Positions 37,311 through 50,641 of a DNA stretch of 64,000 bases are shown piece by piece. Below the pieces are notes generated by a model. That model had not been told where the DNA came from, made no database searches, and saw only the letters and a list, made by a program, of their open reading frames with translations. The stretch comes from Mustelus asterias. Its lineage: Eukaryota. How positions within the stretch are numbered: position 1 is the stretch's first letter; every line of letters starts with the position of its first letter. The stretch spans positions 77,438,001 to 77,502,000 of the forward strand of contig NC_135811.1 of the NCBI RefSeq assembly GCF_964213995.1, read 5' to 3'. Position numbers and translations under genes: made by a program.

Positions 37311-37509
37311 AGAATTTCTATCGATATATTTAATGAAGACAGAAAACAGTGATTATTTATTTAAAAATTGTAGAATTTTTATAGGAGGATTATATTGTTC
37401 AGTCAGCTGCACAAACCGGTTTACCAGTGTGAGAAATACAATTAGACAGATTATAAATTTTCTAAATGCAGTCTGCTATGTTTATATTTATTTGTATATG
37501 TATTATATC

Positions 37510-37695
37510 GCTCCAGTTTCCTCCCACACTCCAAAGATGTGCGGGTTAGGTTAATTGGCTATGCTAAATTGACCTTTAGTGTTGGGGGGATTAGCAGGGT
37601 AAATATGTGGGATTACGGGAATAGAGCCTGAATGCAGACTCGATGGGCCGAATGGCCTCCTTCTGCACTGTAGGGATTTTATGAATCTATGATAA
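37510..37695 (+). mobile_element. HE1/V-SINE 3' part in the copy 5 3' UTR
   Basis: GTTTCCTCCCACACTCCAAAGATGTGCGGGTTAGG...GGCCTCCTTCTGCACTGTAGGGA; same family as the distal SINEs. Confidence 0.75.
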
Positions 37696-37896
37696 ACATT
37701 TTTCAAGTTGAAAACAATTTAGTGTCCGACAGGCACTGCATTGATATATTTATACCAGACCTAATTTATAAGACTATTTATTGACATCATATCCATCTCA
37801 TTACAGTTACGAAATAAATATTTTGTATTTTGATATTAAGAAATTGCCTTGTTTTTAGTGGTTTATGTTAATGCCCACGTGGATGTGTTGATCTTG

Positions 37897-38565
37897 TACC
37901 TGATTGTGAATTCACAATCACTAATCATCGTTAATCACCACCCAACTGAAAGCTATAAATCTGTCCTCTGTGTTTCGCGGCCAGGTGTCTCTGGAGAGGG
38001 AGCATGCGGTGTCCACGGGCGCGGTTGACGCCTTCCGCGACCGCTGGGCGCCGCAGGGGCTGGGGTGTATTATCGACCCCGATAATCACCTTTTGGTTTG
38101 ACGTTTTAAGTTTCCTTTCGACTTTGATTTTGGTTCGGGCTGTTCCCCCCTTCCTTTTGGGGAGCCGCCCCTTTTACTTTGTCCCTAAGTTAATTTGAGT
38201 TTGTTTACTTGATTGGTGCCGAAAAAGCTACCTGATTGTGAATTCACAATCACTAATCATCGTTAATCACCACCCAACTGAAAGCTATAAATCTATGTCC
38301 TCTGTGTTTCGCGGCCAGGTGTCTCTGGAGAGGGAGCATGCGGTGTCCACGGGCGCGGTTGACGCCTTCCGCGACCGCTGGGCGCCGCAGGGGCTGGGGT
38401 GTATTATCGACCCCGATAATCACCTTTTGGTTTGACGTTTTAAGTTTCCTTTCGACTTTGATTTTGGTTCGGGCTGTTTCCCCCTTCCTTTTGGGGAGCC
38501 GCCCCTTTTACTTTGTCCCTAAGTTAATTTGAGTTCGTTTACTTGATTGGTGCCGAAAGAGCTAC
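37897..38565 (+). repeat. About 334-bp tandem duplication containing a Tx1/L1-like 3' end
   Basis: ORFs 38004-38198 and 38338-38532 are near-identical; VSLEREHAVSTGAVDAFRDRWAPQG matches the fragment at 45.5-45.9 kb. Confidence 0.85.
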
Positions 38566-39544
38566 CCAACTCGGGTCACCCAGGGCTGATTGCTCCGTGT
38601 GTATTCGCATAAATAAATGTAACATTGAAAACTGGCACTTGGCCAAGAAATTAAGTGGTATGTTGGAGGTGACTTCGCTCCTGTGAGTCCATGCTGACAT
38701 GTACTCAGGCCTGAAATTTATTAAATTGCTGTTGGGATACTCCAGGGTTGTTGCCGTAAATATTTGCAGTAAACATATTGGGATTATTTGCCATTAGTAC
38801 ATTCTTTTACAGTGTACAACGGAAACCCTTAATTCGTTCCTCCACTGCTATTTCTTAATTGTCGACAAGCGTCCTTCCTTAAATATATTAGTTTCCTTCT
38901 GGAAATAATGTGAAGGTAAACAAACCTCTATTAGTGACTCCAGAAATCAGGAGAACTCCGGCATTTCATATTTCAAAATGGAAAATTTCACTGAATTTTA
39001 TTTTTTAATGAATGGAATATTTGTCATTGTTTACAATGGACAATAACAATCGAAATATTCACAACATTGAATTCCACCGCATGGAAACCAAAGTAAAAAC
39101 AATATTATAGAGAACTTACATTTCAGCAACTGAAAATCAACAATTGCCTCTAAAGACAGCAAAAGATAAGTATGAAAATAACTGCCAGTTATTGGCTCTT
39201 GTGTTCAGGCTCGCAGTCAACAAAGCAGCAGATGATTGGGGCACGGGGTAAATGTTACCCATGGAAGCTTAAATTAATGTAATTAAATCATTAAGTAGTC
39301 ATCAGTCATTCTATCCTATAATGTTTTAATGCAATGTCATTCACATTTTGCCATGCATTGACAATGAGCTGTGATTAGAGCACGAATACTCTAATGTTCA
39401 CTTATGGACATACTCTCGAGCTCTCTGTATGGATGCAAGATATACCAAGGCAAGTGAAGCCTACAGCAGACTTTGAACATTAGCTTGGTAATGAAGAGGA
39501 CTAAGACTGCCAACCAAACTGAAAGTCTACAGAGCCAAGTCCGG

Positions 39545-40230
39545 TCCATATTAAAAACAGCAACTATCAGAAATACGTTGCAGGTCTGGCAACATCTGTG
39601 GAGAGAGAAATTAACATTTGGAGTTAAATATTCTTCTTCAGAAATGAAGGAAGGTAGGACTGTGGCTGAATCTATGCCATGGAAAGGTGGGAGGGGGAGG
39701 AAGAACAAAAGGAAAGATCTGGAATAAGTGGAGGGATTAAATGATGATGTCATGGAACAAAGGAAAAGGCAAAGTACTAGGCAATGGTTGTATTAAGAAA
39801 CAAAGCCCTTAGTGAGTCTGATTGGCAGAATAATAAATAGCTCTGACCAAAAGCAAAAATATGAAATCAAAGATTTAGATATGGCAAAAAAAAACAGAAT
39901 CAAAATAGGGGACAGAGTTTATTGACTCAATTTTGAGTCCAGAAGATTGTAAAATGTCTGCATGCTGTTACTGGAGCTGGCATTGAGCTTCACTGGGACA
40001 CCACAGTATGGAGAGGACAGTCATGTAAGTGTGAAAAAAAGTTAAACAGCAATCAATTGGTAGCTTAGGGTCAAGCTTGAGGACTGAATGGAAGTGTTTG
40101 GTAAAGTGGTCACCCAATCTGTTCAGTCCCCCCACTGTGGAGGAGACCATATTGGGAGCAGTGAATATAGTAGACTAAATTGAAAGAAATACAAGCTGCT
40201 GCTTCACCTTGGTGGAGTTTTTGGAGCCTT
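39545..40230 (-). mobile_element. Old Penelope-like fragment
   Basis: Degenerate GIY-YIG-like TVGGLNRLGDHFTKHFHSVLKLDPKLPI and a pLTR-like end CTCTCTCCACAGATGTTGCCAGACCTGC on the minus strand. Confidence 0.45.
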
Positions 40231-40304
40231 GGATGGTGGGGAGAGACAGTCTGCCCACTCTGCTCTATGCATGCAGATCTTGAACTGTGTACCAGCATCA
40301 TGCC

Positions 40305-40472
40305 AGGTAGCTCAACCACTCCCACCCCCCCCCCCCCCCCCCCCGAGGTAGCTCAACCACTCCCCCCCCCCCCCCCCCCGAGGTAGCTCAACCACCCCCC
40401 CCCCCCGAGGTAGCTCAACCCCCCCCCCCCCCGAGGTAGCTCAACCACCCCCCCCCCCCCCCCCCCCGAGGT
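40305..40472. repeat. Minisatellite [GAGGTAGCTCAACC(A)Cn], about 5 units
   Basis: Fixed core separated by variable poly-C tracts. Confidence 0.85.
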
Positions 40473-41029
40473 GGCTTTGGAAACGTCTGAAGATTCGATA
40501 CTATGAGAAAATACCAGACACTGCCATGCCAAGCATCCATACCATATAGAAACAGCCACAACTGAATTGGGTTGATTATGTCACCAGAATGCCTGGCAAT
40601 AAATTGCCTTTGGAGAGTTTGGAATATGCTCAGTGGTCAAAAGATACAATGCAGAAGACTTTACTTAGGAACGTAAATATTGACCCAAGTCCTGGGAGAA
40701 GCACTGCCAGGATCACTGCAATGAACATAACCAAATAAAAAAAGGTTACAGCCTCCTTCAGAAGAGAACATGTATCAGAAGCATAAAGAAAATGCAAGGA
40801 TAATAAATCCTGAGGCAGCAATTCATTGAAAACTCATTTTTTGTAGTCTCCTATTCTGTTTACAGCAAACATTCTGGGCATAGATCAGCCTTAGCCATCA
40901 CTGACATGCCCATCAGAACACACCAAATACCCCAGATGACAGACATGGACATCATTGCCTCCAAGGACAAACACCATTTTTTCCAATGCATCTCATCCTT
41001 GGACCCTTGACTGCATGTTCAACCAGAGG

Positions 41030-44000
41030 GGTATCAATATCTTGGGGGGGAAATTTGGGAATGCTCTTCGGGAGGTTTAAACTAATTCAGCAGGGGGATG
41101 GGAACCTGAATTGTAGTTCCAGTGTACAGGAGGTTGAGAGTAGTGAGGTCATGAATAATGTTTCAAGGTTGCAGGAGTGTACCAGCAGGTAGGAAGGTGG
41201 TTTGAAGTGTGTCTACTTCAACGCCAGGAGCATGCGGAATAAGGTGGGTGAACTGGCAGCATAGGTTGGTACCTGGGACTTTGATGTTGTGGCCATTTCG
41301 GAGACATGGATTGAGCAGGGACAGGAATGGTTGTTGCAGGTTCCGGGGTTTAGATGTTTCCGTAAGATCAGGGAAGGTGGTAAAAGAGGGGGGGGGGTGT
41401 GGCATTGTTAGTCAAGGACAGTATTACGGTGGCAGAAAGGACGTTTGATGAGGACTCGTCTACTGAGGTAGTATGGGCTGAGGTTAGGAACAGGGAAGGA
41501 GAGGTCACCCTATTGGGAGTTTTCTATAGGCCTCCAAAAAGTTCCAGAAATGTATAGGAAAGGATTGCAAAGATGATTCTGGATAGGAGCGAAAGTAACA
41601 GGGTAGTTGTTATGGGGGACTTTAACTTTACAAATATTGACTGGAAAAGCTATAGTTCAAGTACTTTAGATGGGTCAGTTTTTGTCCAATGTGTGCAGGA
41701 GGGTTTCCTGACACAGTATGTAGATAGGCCAAGAGGCGAGGCCACATTGGATTTGGTACTGGGTAATGAAGCAGGCCAGGTGTTAGATTTGGAGGTAGGT
41801 GAACACTTTGGTGATAGCAACCACAATTCGGTTACGTTTACTTTAGCTATGGAAAGGGATAGGTACATACCGCAGGGCAAGAGTTATAGCTGGGGGAAAG
41901 GAAATTATGATGCGATTAGGCATGATTTAGGATGCATAGAATGTGGAAGGAAACTGCAGGGGATGGTCACAATTGAAATGTGGAGCTTGTTCAAGGAACA
42001 GCTACTGTGTGTCCTTGATAAGTATGTACCTGTCAGGCAGGGAGGAAGTGGTCGAGCGAGGGAACCATGGTTTACTAAAGAAGTTGAATCTCTTGTGAAG
42101 AGGAAGAAGGAGACTTATGTAAAGATGAGACGTGAAGGCTCAGTTAGGGTGCTTGAGATTTACAAGTTAGCCAGGAAGGACCTAAAGAGAGAGCTACGAA
42201 GAGCCAGGAAGGGACATGAGAAGTCTTTGGCAGGTAGGATCAAGGAAAACCCTAAAGCTTTCTATAGCTTTGTCAGGAATAAAAGAATGACTCGGGTAAG
42301 ATTAGGGCCAGTCAAGGATAGTAGTGGGAAGTTGTGCGTGGTGTCCGAAGAGATAGGAGAGGCGCTGAATGAATATTTTTCATCAGTATTCACACAGGAA
42401 AAAGACTATGTTGTCGAGGAGAATACTGAGATACAGGCTATTAGACTAGACGGGATTGAGGTTCATAAGGAGGAGGTGTTAGCAATTCTGGAAAGTGTGA
42501 AAATTGATAAGTCCCCTGGGCCGGATGGGATTTATCCCAGGATTCTCTGGGAGGCTAGGGAGGAGTTTGCAGAGCCTTTGGCTTTAATCTTTATGTCGTC
42601 ATTGTCTACAGGAATAGTGCCAGAAGATTGGAGGATAGCAAATGTTGTCCCCTTGTTCAAAAAGGGGGGTAGAGACAACCCTGGTATTTATAGACCAGTG
42701 AGCCTTACTTCTGTTGTGGGCAAAGTTTTGGAAAGGATTATAAGAGATAGGATTTATAATCATCTAGAAAGGAATAATTTGATTAGGGATAGTCAACACA
42801 GTTTTGTGAAGGGTCGGTCGTACTTCACAAATCTTATGGAGTTCTTTGAGAAGGTGACCAAAGAGGTGGATAAGGGTAAAGCAGTTGATGTGGTGTATAT
42901 GGATTTCAGTAAAGCGTTTGATAAGGTTCCCCACGGTAACCTATTGCAGAAGATATGGAGGCATGGGATTGAGGGTGATTTAGCGATTTGGATCAGAAAT
43001 TGGCTAGCTGTAAGAAGACAGAGGGTGGTGGTTGATGGGAAATGTTCATCCTGGAGTTCAGTTACTAGTGGTGTACCGCAAGGATCTGTTTTGGGGCCAC
43101 TGCTGTTTGTCATTTTTATAAATGACCTGGATGAGGGCGTAGAAGGATGGGTTAGTAAATTTACGGATGACACTAAAGTCGGTGGAGTTGTGGACAGTGC
43201 ATGTAAGGGGAAAATACAAGGAAAGCACACTTTAAGATGACTGCCTGGCACATGAAGAGTTAACTGGGAAAGGAGCCAAAAAAGCAGACACCAGCTCCCA
43301 CTTATCAGAAATCACTTTAAATCAAAACCTAACAGACAAGCCATTTCTAAATCACAGACAGTGACTCAAAGTAAACAAACACCTCAGGAAGCCAAGCCGA
43401 GGGTCAAGACATATTTTAAGATAAGGAAAACCCGAAACAAAGGGAATAGATTAGCAATAGGAAGGGCGGGAAAATATGAATGCGAGGAAACCAATTAACA
43501 CCTGAATGAGCCAAAACCAACCATTGATGGATACAGACATAAGGAAATGTACCCATTCATAAGAACAATACTATGTTAAATATCTATATGTTTGTACCTG
43601 CCTAAAACGATGTGATAATGTTCAAATCATCGGTCCATCCATTGTGTAAAAAGTATAAAGATGGACCGCTCCCGACATTTTACCGAGAGAAGGTCTACTA
43701 CTAACTTGTGCCTCGTCTCCCAGAGCTCCATTAAATAAATCATATTTTCTGAATCTCGAAGTCTGACTACTAGTGGATTTTTCCTACAACAATGCGGAAG
43801 GATGTTGCAGGTTACAGAGGGACATAGATAAGCTGCAGAGCTGGGCTGAGGTGTGGCAAATGGAGTTTAATGCGGAAAAGTGTGAGGTGATTCACTTTGG
43901 AAGGAGTAACAGGAATACAGAGTACTGGGCTAATGGTAAGATACTTGGTAGTGTGGATGAGCAGAGAGATCTCGGTGTCCATGTGCATAGATCCCTGAAA

Positions 44001-44650
44001 GTTGGCACCCCGGTTGATAGGGTTGTTAAGAAGGCGGACGGTGTGTTAGCTTTTATTGGTAGAGGGATTGAGTTTCGGAGCCATGATGTCACGTTGCAGC
44101 TGTACAAAACTCTGGTGCGGCTGCACTTGGAGTATTGTGTACAGTTCTGGTCGCCACATTCTAGGAAGGATGTGGACACATTGGAAAGGGTGCAGAGGAG
44201 ATTTACCAGGATGTTGCCTGGTATGGTGGGAAGGTCTTATGAGGAAAGGCTGAGGGACTTCAGGCTATTTTCATTAGAGAGAAGGTAAAGAGGTGACTCA
44301 ATAGAGGCCTATAAGATGATCAGAGGATTAGATAGGGTGGACAGTGAGAGTCGTTTTCCTCAGACGGTGATGGCTAGCATGAGGGGACATAGCTTTAAAT
44401 TGAGGGGTGATAGATATAGGACAGATGTCGGAGGTAGGTACTTTACTCAGAGTAGTAAGGGCGTGGAATGCCCTGCCTGCAAGAGTAGTGGACTCACCAA
44501 CATTAAGGGCATTTAAATGGTCATTGGATAAACATATGGATGATATTGGAATAGTGTAGGTTAGATGGACTTTAGATTGGTTTCACAGGTCAGCACAACA
44601 TCAAGGGCCAAAGGGCCTGTACTGCGCTGTAATGTTCTATGTTCTATGTT
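41030..44650 (+). mobile_element. Near full-length CR1 LINE ORF2 (APE endonuclease plus RT), split by a solo LTR
   Basis: [70 protein letters not shown]; continues after 43792; (TTCTATG)n tail. Confidence 0.93.
43202..43791 (+). mobile_element. Solo LTR inserted in the CR1 RT
   Basis: TGTAAGGGGAAAAT...ATTTTTCCTACAACA, TATAAA at about 43654, AATAAA at about 43734; the CR1 frame (VVDSA|EGCCRLQ) resumes exactly; degenerate TSD GTGCA/ATGCG. Confidence 0.75.
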
Positions 44651-45489
44651 CAGGCTATGCTTGCATTTAATATCCCTGTTAAACAAAACCCATTAGCCCA
44701 AGGTCTTGGGACAAGGGTTCAAATCCCAGCATAGCAGCTTTACTGCAATTAATAAATCTGGAAGACAAATCTCATATTTGCAATGGTGACCATGACAACT
44801 ACTAGCAATTGTTGTACAAGATCTCTAAGCAAAGGAAATCTACCATCCCTATCTGGTCAGGCCTACATGTGACTCCAGATTCCCACCAATGCTGTTGACT
44901 CTTAACTGCCCTCTGAAATGGCAGAGCAAGTCTCAGTTCAAGAGCAATTAGGGATGGGTAACAAATACTGCTATGCCAGCAATGTGCTCATCCCTTCAGT
45001 CACTCTGACTTTGTGCTATCGTTTATGATCCCTGAGGATAAAGCTATTCAAAGTACAATGAACGCAGTTACCTTACTCTTAAAAGTAACTTCAAATTTCC
45101 TTCCACATCCATTTGGCTTACAAACACACACAAACCTCCAGTTAAGTACATATTATAAATGTGAAGATTAACCACCTGCTCTGAATATACGGTTCCAAAG
45201 TTCTATGTGAAGGTGGAGATTTCGTGGACCTCTGCTTACTAGGATTTCCCTTCAAATCACCTCCAACTGTCCATGGATGTAGATCTCCATTTCACCATAG
45301 GTCCATATTGAAATAACTCCTCTGAGGTTGGTGTCCCTTCACCAGATTGTCTTTATTTACAAACTCTATTCCCCTCCAAGCATGTTTCAGGTACAAAGTT
45401 AGAATCAGGAGTGCCAGTGAATCTGACACTCCCATTTCTATATGCAGGTGAGGTTTCCTGATTGGACCTCAATCAAGGATGTCTTTTCA

Positions 45490-45900
45490 CACCAACCAAG
45501 TAAACAAACTCAAATTAACTTAGGGACAAATTAAAAGGGGCAGCTCCCCAAAAGGAAGGGGGAACAGCCCGAACCAAAAACAAAGTCGAAAGGAAACTTA
45601 AAACATCAAACCAAAAGGTGATTATCAGGGTCGATAATACACCCCAGCCCCTGCGGTGCCCAGCGGTCGCGGAAGGCGTCAACTGCGCCCGTGGACACCG
45701 CATGCTCCCTCTCCAGGGACACCTGGCTACGAATGTAGCCATGGCAGAGGGGCAGACAGTCAGGATGGACGGCCCCGTCGATCGCCCGCTGCCTGGACCT
45801 ATTGATGGCGCGTCTCGCCAGGCCCAGGAGCAGGTTCACGAGGAGGTCGGCATCCCTACCCGCCCCTCGCCGCACCAGGTGCCCGTAGATCAGGAGGAAA
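45490..45900 (-). mobile_element. Tx1/L1-like LINE 3' fragment
   Basis: LLVNLLLGLARRAINRSRQRA...DCLPL...VSLEREHAVSTG...RWAPQG. Confidence 0.7.
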
Positions 45901-46919
45901 TCAATCAACGAGCTTGTACTTTAAGAGGCCAACCTTATGGGCTTCATTGAAGTCATTACACAAATTGGTTCAGTGAATTCAAGCCTATTGCACCTGGTAT
46001 TCTCAATCTGTCTTGCAAGCGAGTACATGTCTGACTTAAATTGTGCATTTGAAAAAGATTTAGTTGTTATTAATATGATAAGATGGATGAATGAGCAATA
46101 GCCCATTCTAAAAATATTTTAAAACTATTTCTGTCTCCACAGCTGCTGTGAGATCTGTTGAGCATTTCTAACAATTTCTAATTTTATTTCAGATTCCAGC
46201 CTTTGCAATATTTTACTTTTGTAAATCAACATCGGTGCCATGATATGTATGGTAACGTCAATAAAATAAAACTGAAGAGAATTGAATGCAACATGCTTCA
46301 CTAGAATAGGAAACCGAAAGATCTGCTATGAAGGACAAACAAAGTATCGTAATTCAAGTAACGATGTCTTCGTCACAGAGTGAGACAGGAAATTGTGGTT
46401 GAGGACCAGTAACCACCTAGTCTGCAGTTGCATGGATACCAACACACAGCTGCATCCTTTTCTGCTATAGAAGCAGAGCAGGAAAGATTAAGTGAGGAAA
46501 ACTCATATGAACTGATGTTCAGAACTATTAAACATTGACTGAATTAAGTAACAATGTGGATTAAACAACTACGATGTCCACTTGTGTTGGAGTCCAACAC
46601 TAGAAGCCCCAAATATAAGACAGTCACTGACCCATTCAATGTGGACTTCAATACGGAGTGGTTAGTAAGTGAATCTTGCTACCATGTGAAGTAGTTTTGG
46701 TGTATAGTACTGATTCATTTAAGAGAAAGCTTGATAAATATGTGAGGGAGAAAGGAATTTATGGTTTGTCGACAGGATTGGATGAAAAGCTTTGGCAGAA
46801 AACTTCTATGGAGCAACTGGGCTGAATAATCTGTATTGGTGATACAAATTCTATGCAATGCTATGCGATTTCAGTAATGTGGATCTAGCTATTCTAGAGT
46901 GCATGAGCACTGACATAAA

Positions 46920-47205
46920 TAACATGGTGGCACAGTGATTAGCACTGCTGTCTCTCAGAGCCAGGGACCGGCCTTGGGTGACTGTCTGTGTGGAGTTTGC
47001 ACATTCTCCCTGTGACTGCGTGGGTTTCCTTTGGGTTCTCCAGTTTCAGGTAAGTCCAGGTTAGGAGATTGACAATGCTAAATTGCCCTTTAGTGTCCAA
47101 AGGTGTAGGTTAGAAGAATATAGCCTGGGTAAGATGCTTTGTGGGAAATTTGGTGCTCGATAGACTAAATGGACCCCTTTTCACTGCAGAGATTCTATGA
47201 TTCAA
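46920..47205 (+). mobile_element. HE1/V-SINE (tRNA-derived)
   Basis: GGTGGCACAGTG.TTAGCACTGCTG head and GTGGAGTTTGCACATTCTCCC V-domain. Confidence 0.75.
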
Positions 47206-48024
47206 TGAAAAAGAAATGGGGAGTTAGAAAATTACTCACTTCAGAAAACTCGTGAAGTAGTTTCAAATAGGTATGAAATTGAATGTTGACCTGAAAATAA
47301 ATGGTTATGTGGAATTTCTGCTGATTTCTATTTCCAGTGACCACAAAATCCACAAACTAAATTAATTATTTAGAGAGACAGAAAATTAAGTCCTCCATTC
47401 ACGACATCAGTGTTATGAAAACAATTTCTTTTTTACAGTTCCTTGAAGATAATAAAACTTCTCAAGTTTGATCATCCTAACAGGCCATTGCCCCCGCTAG
47501 CTGTGTGCTTGATATGTCAGTGTGACTGGAGATTGAATGCACAGTTCTTTACTTTCTATTCCTCCTTCATAAGACAAAAATAAAATTCATTTTCCCTCTC
47601 TGAGGCCACAGTGAGGGATTTGCAGTGGATCGTGTATATAAAGATATGCTCATTGATATCTTCAATAAAATCAAACTGGACAAAGATCTAAAATGGCTGA
47701 TAAGCCTGAGCAGAAGGAAGCTACTTAGTGGTACAGGGGACACTCACATATTTTATCCCTGAAGAGCCACTAATGACTCCCTGTAGGCCTCACAGACCAA
47801 ATTCAGGGACAGTTGTACAAATGCCAGCTCCAGCAGGAGTCTATGCACTGGTTAAGACAAAGGGCTCTGCAAATTTCCTTTCAGTTTTTAAGGAGTGAGA
47901 CATTTAACAATCGCAGAGACCCAGACAAAAGATACAAGTCCTTTGTCGAAGACAGTATGGAGTGGTGGGAGTCATGTGATATGGGCCCCTGGCTTGTGTG
48001 GGCAGTAATATTGTCTTGCAGAAC

Positions 48025-48295
48025 TCCTACAGTGCCATTCGGCCCATCAAGTTTGAACCAAACCCCCAAAAGAGCACTTTATTGAGGCCTACTCCCCCAT
48101 CCTATCCCCGTAACCCTGCACATTGATCATGGCAATCCACCTAAACCTAATCTGCACATATTTGTGATGAGGGAGAAACCGCACACTTGGGGAGAATGTG
48201 CAAACTCAACACATACAGTCACCTGCAGTCGGAATTGAACTCGGGTCCTTGGCGCTGTGAGGAAGCAGTGCTAACCACTGCACCACTGTGCTATC
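48025..48295 (-). mobile_element. HE1/V-SINE
   Basis: Reverse-complement copy of the same consensus. Confidence 0.7.
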
Positions 48296-49476
48296 ATCTA
48301 CTCTACTTCTGCTGGAAATTTTGCATCATCAGTTGCAAGAAAGATTCACCTCTGCCTCCCTTTCTCATCTTGTGAAGTTCATTCTAGTGGAAAAGTGGAC
48401 GAGACAGCATCAGTCAACCTCCATGAAGGAATACCTCATTGCAATTTGATTCAATTGCATGAATCATTTTCTCTGTGGTCTCTACACTGAAAAAAAGACT
48501 TATTTCCTCTATCCCTCTCTTTACTGTCTGAGTTTGAAGGCAATGTTGTGACCCTCCTCCAGTGTTTGAGTGTATGCAAATAAATTAACCCTTTGAGCTC
48601 ATCCTATCTAAGTTTGCTGTGGGAATATTAATAGAAAATTGGATCATACCAAAACCAGATGGTTGTGAAATAAACCAACACTAATAAAGAGAAAATAAAT
48701 CAAAACACATTTTGTTTATGAGTGGGTAGTCAGAGGATAAATTAGTGCTGTTTAAAATAACCCCCCAAATAAAATCATTTATTTTAACAAAAAATATATT
48801 TTAAAATGCTGCCCAACTGTGACGATTCCTGGCATTTTTTTGCATTCTGTAATGTGTAAATGAGTTTGCTCAGCATTTGAAGACAGATAAAACATTTTCC
48901 AACATGTGTGTAATATGCAACCCAGGCAAGAGCTCTAACCTGACATAGCAAATTCTCCACAATTACATGTAAGTTATATGTATTTAATCCCAATCAGATG
49001 AGAAGGTGATAGGTGTAAAACACCCCGATTAGCAAAAGGAAAATCACCTCTCATGCTGCGATTCTTAAAGACCAAGATGACAGACATTTTTTTAAAATAA
49101 CTGTTTTATCAGCATCTCATGCCCCCCTCAATTTTTTTTATGTGAACCTGCAGGTCTTTCTACTCCTCCAGCCCTTTAAAATGGTGCTGTATTTATACTG
49201 CACCTCTCCATTCATCTTCCCAAATTGCAGCAATATTTTGCATTCCTGTGACACCTTTTAAGGTACAAAATAACTCCAGCAGCATTATCAAAGAAAATTT
49301 GACAGGGAGATATGAGCACAGTGGCCCACAGTGGTTAAAGAAATGTTATTAGGGAGTACCTTAAAAGAGAGAGAGGAGGAAAGATGGGAGAGATTTAGGG
49401 AGGGAATTTCATAGCTTCCAATTTATCTGTATTAAATTACAATTGTCATTTGTCTACCCATTTCCACAAAATGGGG

Positions 49477-49750
49477 AGCAGCACAATGATTAACACTGCT
49501 GCCTCACCATGCCAGGACCTGGGTTCAATTCCTGGCTTGGATCCCTGTCTGTGTGGAGTTTGGACATTCTCCCTGTGTCTGTGTGGGTTTCCTCCGGGTG
49601 CTCTGGTTTCCTCCCACGGTCCAAAGATGTGCTGGTTAGGTGAATTGGCCATGCTAAATTCTCCCTCAGCGTATCCAAATAGGTGCTAGAATGTGGCAAC
49701 TAGGAGATTGTCACAGTAATTTCATTGTAGTATTAAAGTAAGCCTACTTT
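49477..49750 (+). mobile_element. V-SINE whose tail is interrupted by a CR1
   Basis: SINE head plus V-domain; the tail resumes TACTTGTGACTAATAAATAAAC at 50281. Confidence 0.75.
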
Positions 49751-50280
49751 TGGAATATTGTGTGCAGTTCTGGTCACCTCACTATAAGAAGGATGTGGAA
49801 GCGCTGGAAAGAGTGCAGAGGAGATTTACCAGGATGCTGCCTGGTTTGGAGGGTAGGTCTTATGAGGAAAGGTTGAGGGAGCTAGGGCTGTTCTCTCTGG
49901 AGTGGAGGAGGCTGAGGGGAGACTTAATAGGGGTTTATAAAATGATGAAGGGGATAGATAGAGTGAACGTTCAAAGACTATTTCCTCGGGTGGATGGAGC
50001 TATTACAAGGGGGCATAACTATAGGGTTCGTGGTGGGAGATATAGGAAGGATATCAGAGGTAGGTTCTTTACACAGAGAGTGGTTGGGGAGTGGAATGGA
50101 CTGCCTGCAGTGATAGTGGAGTCAGACACTTTAGGAACATTTAAGCGGTTATTGGATAGGCACATGGAGCACACCAGGATGGTAGGGAGTGGGATAGCTT
50201 GATCTTGGTTTCAGATAAAGCTCGGCACAACATCGTGGGCTGAAGGGCCTGTTCTGTGCTGTACTGTTCTATGTTCTATG
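49750..50280 (+). mobile_element. CR1-like LINE 3' fragment
   Basis: EYCVQFWSPHYKKDVEALERVQRRFTRMLPG...; (TTCTATG)n tail. Confidence 0.9.
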
Positions 50281-50641
50281 TACTTGTGACTAATAAATAA
50301 ACTTTAACTTTATAATAATTAAAAATGATCAAATTCCAAATGTTTATTGTTTCACAGTAATTTCGAACAAAATCTTTAGATAAAAATGCTCTAATAAATA
50401 TTTCCAACCAGTATATTTTGGCATAAATAATAATATTACAAAAGATATTTCTATTAGAACTAAATTATCAAATAAATAATCATTATTCAAAGTTTTCAAT
50501 AAAGACCTATTTGGAAATGTTCAAGTGCTTTTAGACTCGTCCGTTTGGGCTATCAGTTGAACACAGGAACACTTTAAATATCATGTAACCATTTCTTAAA
50601 AAATGATCACAAATCCCAGTCTGTATTTGAACATTCATCAT

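Larger units (their letters stand above)
1..37435 (+). repeat. Tandem segmental duplication, about 5-7 kb unit with one IFN gene each
   Basis: ATG-to-ATG spacings 6537, 7423, 4707 and 15300 (the last includes the 8.7 kb ERV). Spacer sequence at position 1 recurs at about 6540, 12785 and 34105. Confidence 0.95.

Noticed and set aside
41573-43240. 555-aa ORF as a host gene
   Set aside because: It is CR1 ORF2, cut by the solo LTR and with stops upstream.
48300-48490. Possible further IFN exon-3 relic on the minus strand (MIH..LNQIAMRYS after TTTTTTCAG)
   Set aside because: Needs frameshifts and matches too few residues to separate from chance by eye.
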